64,000 nt of DNA from Chloroflexota bacterium (GCA_027623195.1 JAQBUT010000002.1:111193-175192); one strand, 5' to 3'. Positions 38,552 to 48,846 are shown, counted from the first letter of the stretch. Notes: generated by a model from the sequence alone, not told the origin. Numbers and translations are program-made.

Positions 38552-39967
38552 CTACGGTTTATCCCTCACCCACCGTGGCCAGTAGGTGATCGAGACCAGT
38601 GCTGCCACGGCCGCTAGTATAGCTGCGATCAGGTAGGTATCGCTGAAGGCCAGCACGAAGGCCTCTGCCTCTTGTCCAACGGACGAAGTGTGGAAAGCCA
38701 GCCTGCCGGCGAACACTGCGCTCATGATGGCCACGCTGGAAACTGTGCCTAAGCCGCGCGACAGCGCCAGAATCGCCCCTCCGGTGCCCAGCCTGTCTGC
38801 GGATACGGTCCCCATTATCAGCGTGGCGCTGGACGCCTGAAATAGGCCTATGCCGACCCCGGTGGCGGCCATTCGTAGGGCCACGTCCGCCACTGACGAA
38901 TTAGAGTTCAGTTGCGTGAACCACAGCGTCGAGAGAGACGACACAAGCAGTGCCACTGTGATTATGTATGCTGGCGGCATACGATCGGAGAGCCAACCAC
39001 CTACAGGGGCTGTGACCGCTCCCATGGCAGTCATGAGCATTAGCAGAATGCCAAGCGTCTTGGCGTCGGCCCCCAACGTGTCCGAGACGTAGAACGGCAA
39101 TATGAACCAGTTCACGAAGGTGGCCAGGAACATCAAGAACGATGCGATCATGGCGGGAGCCAGCACTCGATGTCGTAGAAGCGATAGGTCTAGAACAGGA
39201 CTTTCTGTGTGACGTTCGAAGTATGCAAAAGTACTCAGCCCGACCAAGGAAAGCAGGGCCAGACCAAGCACTTGTGGCGTCAACCAGCCTGTGCGCCCGC
39301 CCAGGGTAAGGAACAGGATCAACGAGCCCAGGCCGACAAAGAGCGCAACGCCTCCCCGGAAGTCAAAAGCGTTGCTAATGGAGGCTTGGCGCGGCTCACG
39401 TAGCACAATGAATGCCAGAACTATGGCAATAAGCGCTAAGGGCACACGTGCCAGGAATATGGCCCGCCAGCCGAAGGCGTCGACTAGCACGCCGCCCGCC
39501 GAGGCGCCCGTTATCAGTCCCAGTGTGGCTATACCGGCCATCAGGCCCAGACCTCGACCGCGCTCTTCGCGAGGGAATATGCTTGTCACCAGAGCAGGCA
39601 CGGAGGCCAATATCAGGCCGTTCCCGACCGCCTGCAACACGCGAAGGCCGAATACCATCGACAGATTTGGGGCGAGACCGATAAGCAACACGGCCATGGT
39701 GTAGATGCCGAGGCCAATGATGTAAAAGCGTTTGAGGCCGTACTTGTCTGCGGCGCTGCCAAGACTAAGCTGCATGCCTGCGGTGCTTCCAACGTAAAAG
39801 ACGATGATCCATTGGATTGTGCGTAGGTCGGTGCCGAGGTCGCGGGTAATATCTGGAAGGGCCACGTTGACGGTGATGTCCAGAGCGCCCAGAAAAAGGC
39901 CATAGGATGCCGCGACAAGGCCAAGCCATTTGTAGGCGTTGCCTGTTGCGTCTATAGAGAGTGACAT
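38552..39967 (-). CDS. MFS transporter (DHA2/EmrB-QacA-like)
   Basis: LDITVNVALP, GSAADKYGLKR, RVLQAVG, GWRAIF, GGWLSDR. Many TM helices. Confidence 0.92.
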   Translation of the reverse strand: MSLSIDATGNAYKWLGLVAASYGLFLGALDITVNVALPDITRDLGTDLRTIQWIIVFYVGSTAGMQLSLGSAADKYGLKRFYIIGLGIYTMAVLLIGLAPNLSMVFGLRVLQAVGNGLILASVPALVTSIFPREERGRGLGLMAGIATLGLITGASAGGVLVDAFGWRAIFLARVPLALIAIVLAFIVLREPRQASISNAFDFRGGVALFVGLGSLILFLTLGGRTGWLTPQVLGLALLSLVGLSTFAYFERHTESPVLDLSLLRHRVLAPAMIASFLMFLATFVNWFILPFYVSDTLGADAKTLGILLMLMTAMGAVTAPVGGWLSDRMPPAYIITVALLVSSLSTLWFTQLNSNSSVADVALRMAATGVGIGLFQASSATLIMGTVSADRLGTGGAILALSRGLGTVSSVAIMSAVFAGRLAFHTSSVGQEAEAFVLAFSDTYLIAAILAAVAALVSITYWPRWVRDKP

Positions 39968-39983
39968 GCTGGAGAAATGAGAA

Positions 39984-40421
39984 CTACTCCTTGCCTATGT
40001 CCTGGTTCCATTGCGAAGGATTGGCTTCAATGAAATCTCTCATGAGCTTCTTGGCCTCATCCAGGTCCATGTCGATGACTTCGATGCCGTGCCGCTCCAT
40101 CAGCTCGCGGCCCTCGTCGAAGGTCTCGGATTCCCCTGCGTACACTTTGGTGATGCCGAACTGAATGATAGCCCCGGCGCACATGTGGCAAGGCATCAGC
40201 GTGGAGTAGATGGTCATGCCATTAAAGCTGTCGATGGTCTTGCCTGCGTTATTCAGGCAGTTGATCTCCCCGTGCATTACGGGGGCAGAGTCCTGGATGC
40301 GTCGGTTGTGGCCCACTGCAACGATCTTGTCGTCGTCCACCAACACCGCTCCTATGGGTATGCCGCCCTCTGCTGCCCCTCGTATAGCCTCGTCCAGGGC
40401 CGCTCTCATGAACTCGTCCAT
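39984..40421 (-). CDS. Nucleoside/cytosine deaminase (Zn-dependent, yeast Fcy1-like)
   Basis: EGGIPIGAVLV, GHNRRIQ, HGE, PCHMC, WNQDIG. Confidence 0.9.
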   Translation of the reverse strand: MDEFMRAALDEAIRGAAEGGIPIGAVLVDDDKIVAVGHNRRIQDSAPVMHGEINCLNNAGKTIDSFNGMTIYSTLMPCHMCAGAIIQFGITKVYAGESETFDEGRELMERHGIEVIDMDLDEAKKLMRDFIEANPSQWNQDIGKE

Positions 40422-40708
40422 TTTCTCTCCCAGAGATGATGTACACGGTTGTGCATTGTAGGGCGAATACCCTAATTAAGAAAGAAGCCCAGGTGAAGTA
40501 GTCTCCTGGGTCTCACTTATACACGAGTTAGGTCTCCCTGCGGCTAGCGGACGGTCAATGATACAAGTGCCATTTATCTTGGCCCGGCGCGAATACATTA
40601 GCCGTTTGCCGCGGTTACTACTAATTCGCCGTACATGCCTCGAAGGACAGCCAGATTATATTGGGGGGCCGATTTCGATGTAAAATAAGTCAGGAGCGAG
40701 AGTGAGGA

Positions 40709-41158
40709 ATGCTTAGATATACACGGCCGACCCAGTCCGATGAACCGCCGGGAAGGCACGTTCTGGTATACGACCGTGACTGCGCCTTCTGCCTCTGGAG
40801 CGCTAACTTTATTCGCGGGCGTTCCCGAATCGAGATCACCCTTGTGCCATCGGTGGAAGTGGACCGCAGGCTTGTCTTGAACTCGTTGGATGATGACCAG
40901 TTCCAGTGGAGCGCCCATTACATTACCCCGGATGGCAGGGAGTATCATGGCGGCGAATGCATCACGCGCTCGGTGAGGCTCATGCGAGGAGGCTTTTTGG
41001 TCAGGCCTCTGGACTTTTGGGGAATCTCACTGTTCCGCGAACTGAGCTACGCTATCATCGCTAAGAATCGCCCTTTCTTATCCAGAGTGACCCGGCGGCT
41101 GTCGAGAAGCTCCTGCGGTCCGATCTGTACGCCCGGTCCGCCGAACGATTTCAACTAG
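40709..41158 (+). CDS. DCC1-like thiol-disulfide oxidoreductase (DUF393)
   Basis: VLVYDRDCAFC (DxxCxxC), YAIIAKNR. Confidence 0.82.
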   Translation: MLRYTRPTQSDEPPGRHVLVYDRDCAFCLWSANFIRGRSRIEITLVPSVEVDRRLVLNSLDDDQFQWSAHYITPDGREYHGGECITRSVRLMRGGFLVRPLDFWGISLFRELSYAIIAKNRPFLSRVTRRLSRSSCGPICTPGPPNDFN

Positions 41159-41279
41159 CCAACGGCTTAAATCCACCAGCCTCTGCCGCCAGTCCTAAAC
41201 TTCCTCGGTTCCAGACCTGTGAAAAAATAGACGTGGATCTGGGTCCCTTGCCCGCCCCTTCTTCGATGTTATGCCGAAA

Positions 41280-43088
41280 TTACCAGCCGATGGCGTAACA
41301 GGCCCTGCGAGGGTCTCCGCCGGTACTCATGACGCCGGTTTCCGGGTCGCGTTTGGAGACGGTGCCGCCCATGCCGCAGGTGGCCGCTCGAACGATCTCT
41401 CCGTGGCCTTTGCTCCTCAATGCGTCTGCCGTGCTCTCTGGGATGCCTTCCTCCAGCGATACCCTGTTGGGGTAGTAGACGTGTGGGTAGAAAGAGTCCG
41501 GCACGCTCTCGGTGGCGAATCTGGGGACCTCGACGGCCTCCTGAGGGTTCATGCCAAATACCAGCGTGTTGAGGATTAGCTGGGCGTTGGCCTGGGCTTG
41601 GTGGTCGCCGCCAGGGCAGCCGATTGTCATAACAGGCTGGCCGTCCTTGGACACGATGTAGTTGATCAGCGTTGTGCGGGGGCGTTTGCCCGGCTCCAGC
41701 CTGTTTGGGTGCCCGTCGATGAAGTTGAACATCTCGATACGAGAGCTCATGGATGCGCCCTGCTCTGGGAAGAAGACGCCCTTGGAGAGTGCGCCTCCGC
41801 TTGGGGTGGCGCAAACCAGGTTTCCATCTCTGTCGATGCAGGAGATGTGCGTGGTGCCGCCGCTGTTGCCTGACGCCCCTTCGGGTACACCCGCAACACC
41901 GGAAGGGCTGGCGTCGGCAGGCTTCTGCGTGCTCGAATATTTCCAAGGATCTCCGGCGGCAGGAAGCTCTGTGTAGGGCTTATCCGCGTTCACCAGCTTG
42001 GCGCGTTCGACTGCGTACTCCTTGGAGATTAGCCCGTCGATAGGCACCGTCACGAAGTCCGGGTCTCCGTAATATGCCTCCCGGTCTGCGAATACGAGCT
42101 TGGACACTTCAAGGAAGATGTGTATGTACTCGGTTGAGTTGTGGCCCATAGCCTCGAGGTCGAAGCTCTCCAACATATTCAGGATTTGCAGCGTCATGAT
42201 GCCCTGCGTCCACGTGGAGTGACTGCTGATCTCGTGGCCCATAAACGTGGCCTTGATAGGCTCTTCGTACTGGACCTGGTAGCTATCCAGGTCCTCCATG
42301 GTGATAACGCCGCCCACCTCAGTCGCGAAGTCGATCATGCTGCGGGCGATATCCCCTCGGTAGAAGATGTCGTTGGCCGCACGAATGCCGTCGATGCGGG
42401 TGCCGTTGGCCTCGCTCTCGGCAGCAACCATCTGCTTAAGCATACCCGCCAGTTTCTTCTGGACCAGCATTGACCCTGGCTTTGGCACCTGGCCGTTGTC
42501 GTAGAAGATGTCACGGCCACCTGGGGGGAACAGCTCGAACTGCTTGTGAATTCCTGCATTGTCGATTCGCTGCAGCATGTACTCGTAGTTAGGGAAACCG
42601 GCCTCGGCGTACCGTATAGACGGTGCTAGCACCTCAGCCACAGTCTTGGTGCCGTAGCGCTCCAGCATTGACGTTAGCGCGGCAATAACGCCGGGCACTG
42701 TGAATGACAGCGGCGCATCGGCACCTGGGCCTGTGGGAACGCAGTCGTGACCTTTCGACTTGAAGAAGTCCACCGTGGCCTTGCCGGGGGCAGTCCCCTG
42801 CCCGCTCAGAGACAGAAGGTCGCCGCTCTTGGAATCGTAGAACATGAAAACGCCCTCAGCCAACAGCGAGTAGCTTGCCATGGGCTCGGTGACTCCCGCA
42901 GCGAAGCAGGCAGCCACAACGGCGTCGAAGGCGTTACCGCCGGTCTGCAGCATCTGCATGCCCGCCATGGAGGTCAGGTAGTGGCCGCTGGAGATTACGC
43001 CTTGGGTGCCGTAGACAACCGGCCTGCCGGTGGGAGGTCGTACTACGTCGCCCTTTTCCATGTTGGGAGCCGATCCGTTAGTGGTCAT
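41280..43088 (-). CDS. ggt: Gamma-glutamyltransferase family protein
   Basis: GGNAFDA, VPG, FYRGDIA, GTTHISCIDRDGN (Thr nucleophile), PGKRPRTTL, GCPGGD, DPRR. Confidence 0.93.
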   Translation of the reverse strand: MTTNGSAPNMEKGDVVRPPTGRPVVYGTQGVISSGHYLTSMAGMQMLQTGGNAFDAVVAACFAAGVTEPMASYSLLAEGVFMFYDSKSGDLLSLSGQGTAPGKATVDFFKSKGHDCVPTGPGADAPLSFTVPGVIAALTSMLERYGTKTVAEVLAPSIRYAEAGFPNYEYMLQRIDNAGIHKQFELFPPGGRDIFYDNGQVPKPGSMLVQKKLAGMLKQMVAAESEANGTRIDGIRAANDIFYRGDIARSMIDFATEVGGVITMEDLDSYQVQYEEPIKATFMGHEISSHSTWTQGIMTLQILNMLESFDLEAMGHNSTEYIHIFLEVSKLVFADREAYYGDPDFVTVPIDGLISKEYAVERAKLVNADKPYTELPAAGDPWKYSSTQKPADASPSGVAGVPEGASGNSGGTTHISCIDRDGNLVCATPSGGALSKGVFFPEQGASMSSRIEMFNFIDGHPNRLEPGKRPRTTLINYIVSKDGQPVMTIGCPGGDHQAQANAQLILNTLVFGMNPQEAVEVPRFATESVPDSFYPHVYYPNRVSLEEGIPESTADALRSKGHGEIVRAATCGMGGTVSKRDPETGVMSTGGDPRRACYAIGW

Positions 43089-43269
43089 GTTTTATCTCCT
43101 CAGACTTTCGATGTGGCCATAACGCCCTTAAGGCGGGTTCAATCATCCAAAAAATGCTTAACGCCTACTATAACCCGGTGTACGGGCGATGGCAAACGGT
43201 ATATACGCGCCTCCGCTACGGCATAATATAGGCTGATAGAAAGTCATCGAAAAGCTGCAGGTTTGCGAA

Positions 43270-44043
43270 TTGAGCGATCGACAAGACGAATCACTGGCGG
43301 AATTAGATGCCGACCACACCCCGGAGGCCATTCGTACGCGCTTGCGTGACGGACCTTCACAGAGCTACCTGCGTGATTTCGTGTATGGGGCCATTGACGG
43401 TACGGTGACTACTTTTGCCATAGTTTCCGGCGCGCTGGGCGCAGAGCTTTCCTCAGGTATAGTAATCGTCCTTGGAGTAGCTAACCTCATAGGCGACGGA
43501 TTCAGTATGGCGGTCAGCAACTATCTGGGCACCCGCGCGGAGAATCAGCAGCGCGAAAGCGCCCGCCGCGCCGAAGAGTACCAGGTGAGGACGGTGCCCG
43601 AAGGCGAGCGGGAGGAGATTCGTCAGATATTCGCGGACAAGGGCTTTGAGGGCGCGGACCTGGAACGGGTTGTCGAAGTTATAACCGCCGAAGAGCAGAG
43701 GTGGGTGGACACAATGCTTAAGGAGGAGCTGGGCCTTACTTTGGAAGGCTCTTCTCCGATTCGCGCAGGCCTGTCAACCTTCGTTGCGTTTATGCTGGCG
43801 GGACTGGTGCCGCTGCTGGCCTTTCTCGTGAATCTGCTGTCGCCCGGATTGTTGGGCAACGCTGCAATTTGGAGTGCCGTAATGACAGGTATAACCTTCT
43901 TCGCCATCGGTGCGCTCAAGGCTCGTTTTGTCCAGGAACGCTGGCTTTGGGCCGGCACAGAAACCCTGGTGGTCGGAGGCGCCGCCGCAGGCCTGGCCTT
44001 CCTGGTAGGCATGCTGCTCAAAGGCATCGTGGATGCGGTTTGA
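43270..44043 (+). CDS. VIT1/CCC1 family iron/manganese transporter
   Basis: DFVYGAIDGTVTTFA, GDGFSMAVSNYL, EREEIRQIF, EELG. Confidence 0.93.
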   Translation: MSDRQDESLAELDADHTPEAIRTRLRDGPSQSYLRDFVYGAIDGTVTTFAIVSGALGAELSSGIVIVLGVANLIGDGFSMAVSNYLGTRAENQQRESARRAEEYQVRTVPEGEREEIRQIFADKGFEGADLERVVEVITAEEQRWVDTMLKEELGLTLEGSSPIRAGLSTFVAFMLAGLVPLLAFLVNLLSPGLLGNAAIWSAVMTGITFFAIGALKARFVQERWLWAGTETLVVGGAAAGLAFLVGMLLKGIVDAV

Positions 44044-44139
44044 GGTGGTTTGCCCGCGTGGCAAGCCACATGGTTAGGCGTTTCGTACAAGTCATTTGCC
44101 GCCTCGAGTTCCTCGCGATGTTCGGAATTACGAAATGCC

Positions 44140-44814
44140 CTACCCCTGCCTAAGCTTGTCTATCGAAAAGTCGTCGCTGTTTACCCAGTCGCGGTAAGTC
44201 TTCTCGGCATCCAGCACGCGTTGGGACTCTGCGATGATGTCGTCCACCGCCGACACGGGGATGCACACCACACCGTTGGCATCGGCGTGGATGATGTCCC
44301 CGGGCGTGACCAGCACATCGCTGACCCTAACCGGCACCTGCGACTCCATAAAGCCGAAGTTGCCGTGGGCGGGCACTGCGCCCGGCGCGTAGTACTGGAA
44401 CCCCATCTCGCGGACTGTATCCACGTCACGTACCCCGCCGTCTGTCACCAGTCCGATGGCCCCGAGCTTCATTGCCACCGTCGCAAGGCCGTCACCAAAG
44501 TGGCAACCGTGCCCCGGCTTGGAGCTAAGGTCCTTCAGCACCAGCACAGCCGGATTGGGCGTGTCGCGTATCGCCTCGAAAAGTTGGTACATGCGCTCTC
44601 GGTCCTGCACGCGCCCGTGGGTTGTGGTGTCCAGCGTGGCCGTGACTGCGTACCCCACCATCACGCCCATCTCCGGGAACATGCAGCGAATGTCGTATCC
44701 CATGAACCCGTCCGTATTGCTACGAATGTTGAAAGGTTCGATGGCGTTGGCTATAGTAGGCGTGTCTATCTGCCGTAGAGCATCCAGTTGGGCTTGTGTG
44801 AGTAGATTATCCAT
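44140..44814 (-). CDS. RraA family protein (HMG/CHA aldolase-like)
   Basis: DTPTIANAIE, VGYAVT, GLVTDGGVRD, PGDIIHADANGVV. Confidence 0.9.
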   Translation of the reverse strand: MDNLLTQAQLDALRQIDTPTIANAIEPFNIRSNTDGFMGYDIRCMFPEMGVMVGYAVTATLDTTTHGRVQDRERMYQLFEAIRDTPNPAVLVLKDLSSKPGHGCHFGDGLATVAMKLGAIGLVTDGGVRDVDTVREMGFQYYAPGAVPAHGNFGFMESQVPVRVSDVLVTPGDIIHADANGVVCIPVSAVDDIIAESQRVLDAEKTYRDWVNSDDFSIDKLRQG

Positions 44815-44910
44815 ATGAGTCCTCGCATGATTTCTTAATACACGGTCTTTTCGGTCCACTTCAAGCCGTCGGCCGTTAATCTAAAATACCTGGGAAAGGA
44901 TATCAAAAAA

Positions 44911-45819
44911 ATGGTAAACAAAGTTTTGATGACCGGGGCCACTGGCTACATCGCCAATCAGTTGCTACCCACCTTCCGCGAGAACTACGAAATGGTGCTG
45001 GTGGACGTTCGTGAGGAAAATCGGAACGGGAACAAGGTTGAAGGCGCTATCATGGCCGACCTTATCGACACAGACCGTTCCAAGTACGCGCACCTGTTCG
45101 AGGGCGTCGATGCTGTAGTCCACCTCGGCCACAAGCGGCGCTCCGGAGAGCCGATTGACCACTTCTTCGACGAAAAGGATAACGTGCAGATGGCATACAA
45201 CGTGTTGCGTTGCGCCTACGAAGCCGGTGTGCCGAGGCTTGCCATTGCTAGCTCAAACCACGCGGCGGACTGGTACGAGCACAACCTCATCCATAAGCGC
45301 CAGATGGAGGTGTTGGACCCGTATAAGCTGCCTTTGTCGGACAACTTCTACGGCTGGGCCAAGGCCACCTACGAGCATCTTGGCTTCCTGTTCGCCAACG
45401 GCATTGGCGGATTCCAGGATGCCTCGGGCCGAGAGCAGCACACGGGTATTCCATCGACAACTCGCAAGATGGGCGTGGTGATGGTGCGCATCGGCGCGCC
45501 GCGTGAGCTGGACCCGAGCAATTACGTGGATGACCAAGCCAACTACAAGCGCGACCTTGGGGCGTACATAAGCCCACGAGACATTACGCAGCTATTCGCA
45601 AAGGCCATTGAAGCGCCGAACATCGAGAACGAGCACGGCGTTCCATGGCAGGTGGTCTACGGCATTAGCAACAACACTCGCGCCTTCTGGTCGCTGAGCA
45701 ACGCCAGGCAGGCGCTGGGCTACGAGCCGGAGGACGACTCTGAGGTCAAGTTCGCGGATGACATAAAGCGCTTCCTCATGGATGGCGGCGCTTCCGGCGG
45801 CCGCGTCCAAACGTCTTAG
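44911..45819 (+). CDS. NAD(P)-dependent oxidoreductase (epimerase/uronate dehydrogenase-like SDR)
   Basis: TGATGYIA, ASSNHA, YGWAK (YxxxK), RIG, GYEPED. Confidence 0.9.
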   Translation: MVNKVLMTGATGYIANQLLPTFRENYEMVLVDVREENRNGNKVEGAIMADLIDTDRSKYAHLFEGVDAVVHLGHKRRSGEPIDHFFDEKDNVQMAYNVLRCAYEAGVPRLAIASSNHAADWYEHNLIHKRQMEVLDPYKLPLSDNFYGWAKATYEHLGFLFANGIGGFQDASGREQHTGIPSTTRKMGVVMVRIGAPRELDPSNYVDDQANYKRDLGAYISPRDITQLFAKAIEAPNIENEHGVPWQVVYGISNNTRAFWSLSNARQALGYEPEDDSEVKFADDIKRFLMDGGASGGRVQTS

Positions 45820-45855
45820 GGTGGTGGATAGCCAGGGCGGCGAGACGGACAGCGC

Positions 45856-46743
45856 TTGAGCGCCTCTGTCATGCCACGCGTTGACGAAACGATGAGGCTG
45901 CCCGACGGCAGGCGTCTGGCATATGCAGAGTACGGCGATCCTTTGGGCCAGCCTGTTATGCTGTTCCATGGGGCGCCCGGTTCCCGCCTGGGTTGGGGTC
46001 TGTTTCCCGGCTGTCCCTTTCGCGAGGGCGTGCGGTTGATCGCTGTCGACAGGTTAGGTTATGGCGGGTCTGATGCGCGTCGAGCCAACGCATTTGCGGG
46101 CTGGCCAGACGACGTATCCGCCCTGGCCGACGCCTTAAAGCTAGACAAGTTTGCGGTGGTAGGCGTCTCCAGCGGCGGCCCGTATGCGCTGGCCTGCGGA
46201 TGGAAGATACCCGACAGGTTGACGGGCCTTGCAGTAGTAAGCGGAACCTCGCCACTGGCGCCGGAGGCCACAGGGGAGGTGCCGCGCGGTATTCGGTTAC
46301 TCTACATCATGGGTCGCAGGGCCCCGTGGCTGCTTCGCCTCAACATGTGGCTGTCCGGCTTCAAGTTCCGGCGAAACCCGGAGCGATACATTGCCAAAAC
46401 GGAGTACGGACTTGCCGGCGCGGATAAGATTGCTTATTCCAAGCCTCAGGTAAGATTGGCTGTCACGGAAATCATGAGAAGCGGCCTCAACTCAAACAAC
46501 CAGGCAGTAGCCAATGATCTTATCGCCCAGTCCAGACCCTGGCCATTCGAACTCCGAGATGTTCGGACGAAGGTCCACCTGTGGTATGGCCTGGAGGATC
46601 GTACTGTACCGCCTTCAATGGGCCGCTATTTGCAGAAGCATCTGCCCAACTGCGATGCCGACTTCATGCCCGAAGCCGGGCACATGTGGCACATCGAGCA
46701 TATGGGCGAAGTGCTGGATACCTTACTAAATCACACGTCCTGA
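45856..46743 (+). CDS. Alpha/beta hydrolase
   Basis: LPDGRRLAYAEYG, FHGAPGSR, DRLGYGGS, GVSSGG, EAGH. Confidence 0.92.
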   Translation: MSASVMPRVDETMRLPDGRRLAYAEYGDPLGQPVMLFHGAPGSRLGWGLFPGCPFREGVRLIAVDRLGYGGSDARRANAFAGWPDDVSALADALKLDKFAVVGVSSGGPYALACGWKIPDRLTGLAVVSGTSPLAPEATGEVPRGIRLLYIMGRRAPWLLRLNMWLSGFKFRRNPERYIAKTEYGLAGADKIAYSKPQVRLAVTEIMRSGLNSNNQAVANDLIAQSRPWPFELRDVRTKVHLWYGLEDRTVPPSMGRYLQKHLPNCDADFMPEAGHMWHIEHMGEVLDTLLNHTS

Positions 46744-46778
46744 CTCGCTCTGGATAAACCGCCGTTCTGTACCTCGAC

Positions 46779-47234
46779 TCAGCGTCTCCCTCTTGGGTTT
46801 TCTCCTTGGCCGAAGGTGGCTGCCAGGCCCTGGACTAGCTCCTGCCTCTCGGTATCGGTCAGCTTTGCCTCGGGGTGCAGCCATACGTAGATGGCCGGGG
46901 GCATTTCGCCGTCTCGTACAGACTCGGCTGCCTCCCTTGCCTCTTTTTAGACCCGGTCCCATTCGGAGTAGTTAAGCTCATCCCTGGCTTCGTCCACATG
47001 GTTTTGAATCATCCAGGACACGGGGGCTACGTTGGAGTACCAAGGCCATCGCACCTGATTGCTGTGGCAGCCGAAACAGGCCCGCACAGCTAGTTCGCGA
47101 GTGTGGGCCCCTTGCCAAGATGGCTCGACTCTTACCGGTGGGTTGGCGTGGCTGCGTCCGTAGGGGGCCAGTTGAATCATAAGCAGCAGGGCGAATGATG
47201 CAACGGCGACGTAGATGCCCAGTCGCTTGAACAC
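46779..47234 (-). pseudogene. Haem-binding (Haem_bd-type, CxxCH) cytochrome c domain protein interrupted by an in-frame TAA at 46947-46949
   Basis: N-terminal anchor, RACFGCHSN...WPWYS.VAP.SW...LNYSEW. The frame continues after TAA as [37 protein letters not shown] (MPP, probable axial Met) to TGA at 46779. Confidence 0.85.
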
Positions 47235-47390
47235 TTCATGCTTCCTTTGCCTTTAGTTCGTGGCTTCATGTAGTCTAATGATATCTTCTCTTTTGCCGCG
47301 TGGTGAAGGCGTCAGGAGACTTCTTCTTCCGGCATATGGGGAATTAACGGCAACATCCAAGGATGGTTAAAAAGGCGGTATACCCAGGTA

Positions 47391-47987
47391 ATGAAAGAGG
47401 TTCTCCTCTCGGTTCTGCGAAACAAGAATACTGGCACAGCGGATTTTCGGCGGGCGTCCGATCAGCTAGCTCACCTTGTCTCAGCGGAGACGTTGGCCAA
47501 GCTTAAAACGTCGGTTTACGGCATAGAAACGCCTGTGGGTACGGCAAACGGCGCATCAGGCCCAGACGATGTCATGTTCGTCCCAATCGTTCGGGCGGCG
47601 CTATCTATTCTGCCTGCCTTTCTCGACATGGTGCCGGCCGCGCCCGTAGCCTTCCTGGGAATCGAGCGGGACGAAACTACTGCTCTGCCCAACATCTACT
47701 ACCGAAAATTTCCCCCTACCTTGCCAAACAGGGCTGTCATCATCGATCCCATGCTGGCCACGGGAGGCAGCGCCATGATGGCTGTGGATATCCTGGTCGG
47801 CCAGGGATTAAAGCTCGAAAACATCTACTTCACAGGCGTCGTAGCCGCGCAGTTTGGGCTGGCTGCGCTTTCCGAGAAAATGCCCCAGTCGAATATTACG
47901 GTGGCGGCCATCGACCCCGACCTCAACGAGCAGAAGTACATTGTTCCCGGCCTTGGGGACTACGGCGACCGCTACTACGGCACGTAG
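47391..47987 (+). CDS. upp: Uracil phosphoribosyltransferase
   Basis: LRNKNT...FR, IETP, VPIVRA, RDETT, IDPMLATGGS, YIVPGLGDYGDRYYGT. Confidence 0.95.
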   Translation: MKEVLLSVLRNKNTGTADFRRASDQLAHLVSAETLAKLKTSVYGIETPVGTANGASGPDDVMFVPIVRAALSILPAFLDMVPAAPVAFLGIERDETTALPNIYYRKFPPTLPNRAVIIDPMLATGGSAMMAVDILVGQGLKLENIYFTGVVAAQFGLAALSEKMPQSNITVAAIDPDLNEQKYIVPGLGDYGDRYYGT

Positions 47988-48036
47988 GTTTTTGGGTATG
48001 CAGAGCGGGGTCTTGCTCGAATCCGTGCCTCCGCGC

Positions 48037-48846
48037 CTACCTCATACCGTCGTCGGTCCAAGCCCTGGCCACGTCTATGCAGCGCATGAACTCCACGTCT
48101 GAGTGAGCCTTGATGTGCTGGATAAGCTTCTCCAGAACCATCATCTTGGCCAGGCGTCCCGTGGTGTGCGGGTGCATATTCATGATAAGTGCGCTGCCGT
48201 ACTGATACGCGCCGTCGAACTCCATCTCCCACGCCTGGTAAACGTCCTGCGGGGTGTTCATGGCGCCGCCGGTCCGGTTGTAAGCGTAGTAGTGCGCGTC
48301 GCCCTGCGCCCAGTCGTTGGGAATCTCCACGATGCGTCCGTTGGGAGTATCCACGAAGTATGGCGCGTCGTGACCCATCAGGCTGGAGTCGTACACAAAG
48401 TCGCGCTGCTTCAGAAACCCCAACGTGTCCTTGCTGGCCTCCAATGAGGGCGAACGGAAGCCCAGTGGCCTTTCGCCGGTGATGCCCTCCAGGATGCCCA
48501 TGGCCTTGTCGAGGATGCGTTCCTCCTCGTCGGGCTCCAGAGTGGCAGGCGGCTCGTGCATGTACCCGTGCGCTCCAATCTCTATGCCTCGGCCGTGTAT
48601 CTCGCGGACAAGCTCTTCGTTGTTCTCCGCCGTATAGCCGGGGACGAAGAACGTCGCCGGGATGTCGTAGCGGTCTAGCAGGTCGATGATGCGCCTGGCC
48701 CCGACCCGAAGCCCCAACTCGTTGCGCGACATTACGGACGGCTGATTGGCTGCGTCGGGGTTGCGGTTCAGCAGCGCAGACACGCCGTCCAGGTCGAAAG
48801 TAAGCATTACCATGCATTTCGTATTTCCAGGCCAAATTCCAGACAT
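48037..48846 (-). CDS. Polysaccharide deacetylase family (PuuE/PgdA-like)
   Basis: LTFDLD, ATFFVPG, EIGAHGYMHE, GFRSP, YDSSL, MHPH. Confidence 0.9.
   Translation of the reverse strand: MSGIWPGNTKCMVMLTFDLDGVSALLNRNPDAANQPSVMSRNELGLRVGARRIIDLLDRYDIPATFFVPGYTAENNEELVREIHGRGIEIGAHGYMHEPPATLEPDEEERILDKAMGILEGITGERPLGFRSPSLEASKDTLGFLKQRDFVYDSSLMGHDAPYFVDTPNGRIVEIPNDWAQGDAHYYAYNRTGGAMNTPQDVYQAWEMEFDGAYQYGSALIMNMHPHTTGRLAKMMVLEKLIQHIKAHSDVEFMRCIDVARAWTDDGMR

Noticed and set aside
22683..47234. Genome-wide TAA reassignment (for example to Gln) as the explanation for the two in-frame TAA codons
   Set aside because: TAA terminates several apparently full-length genes in the window (S9 peptidase 15140, MscS 20720, korB 24894, response regulator 60569), and no suppressor tRNA is visible.
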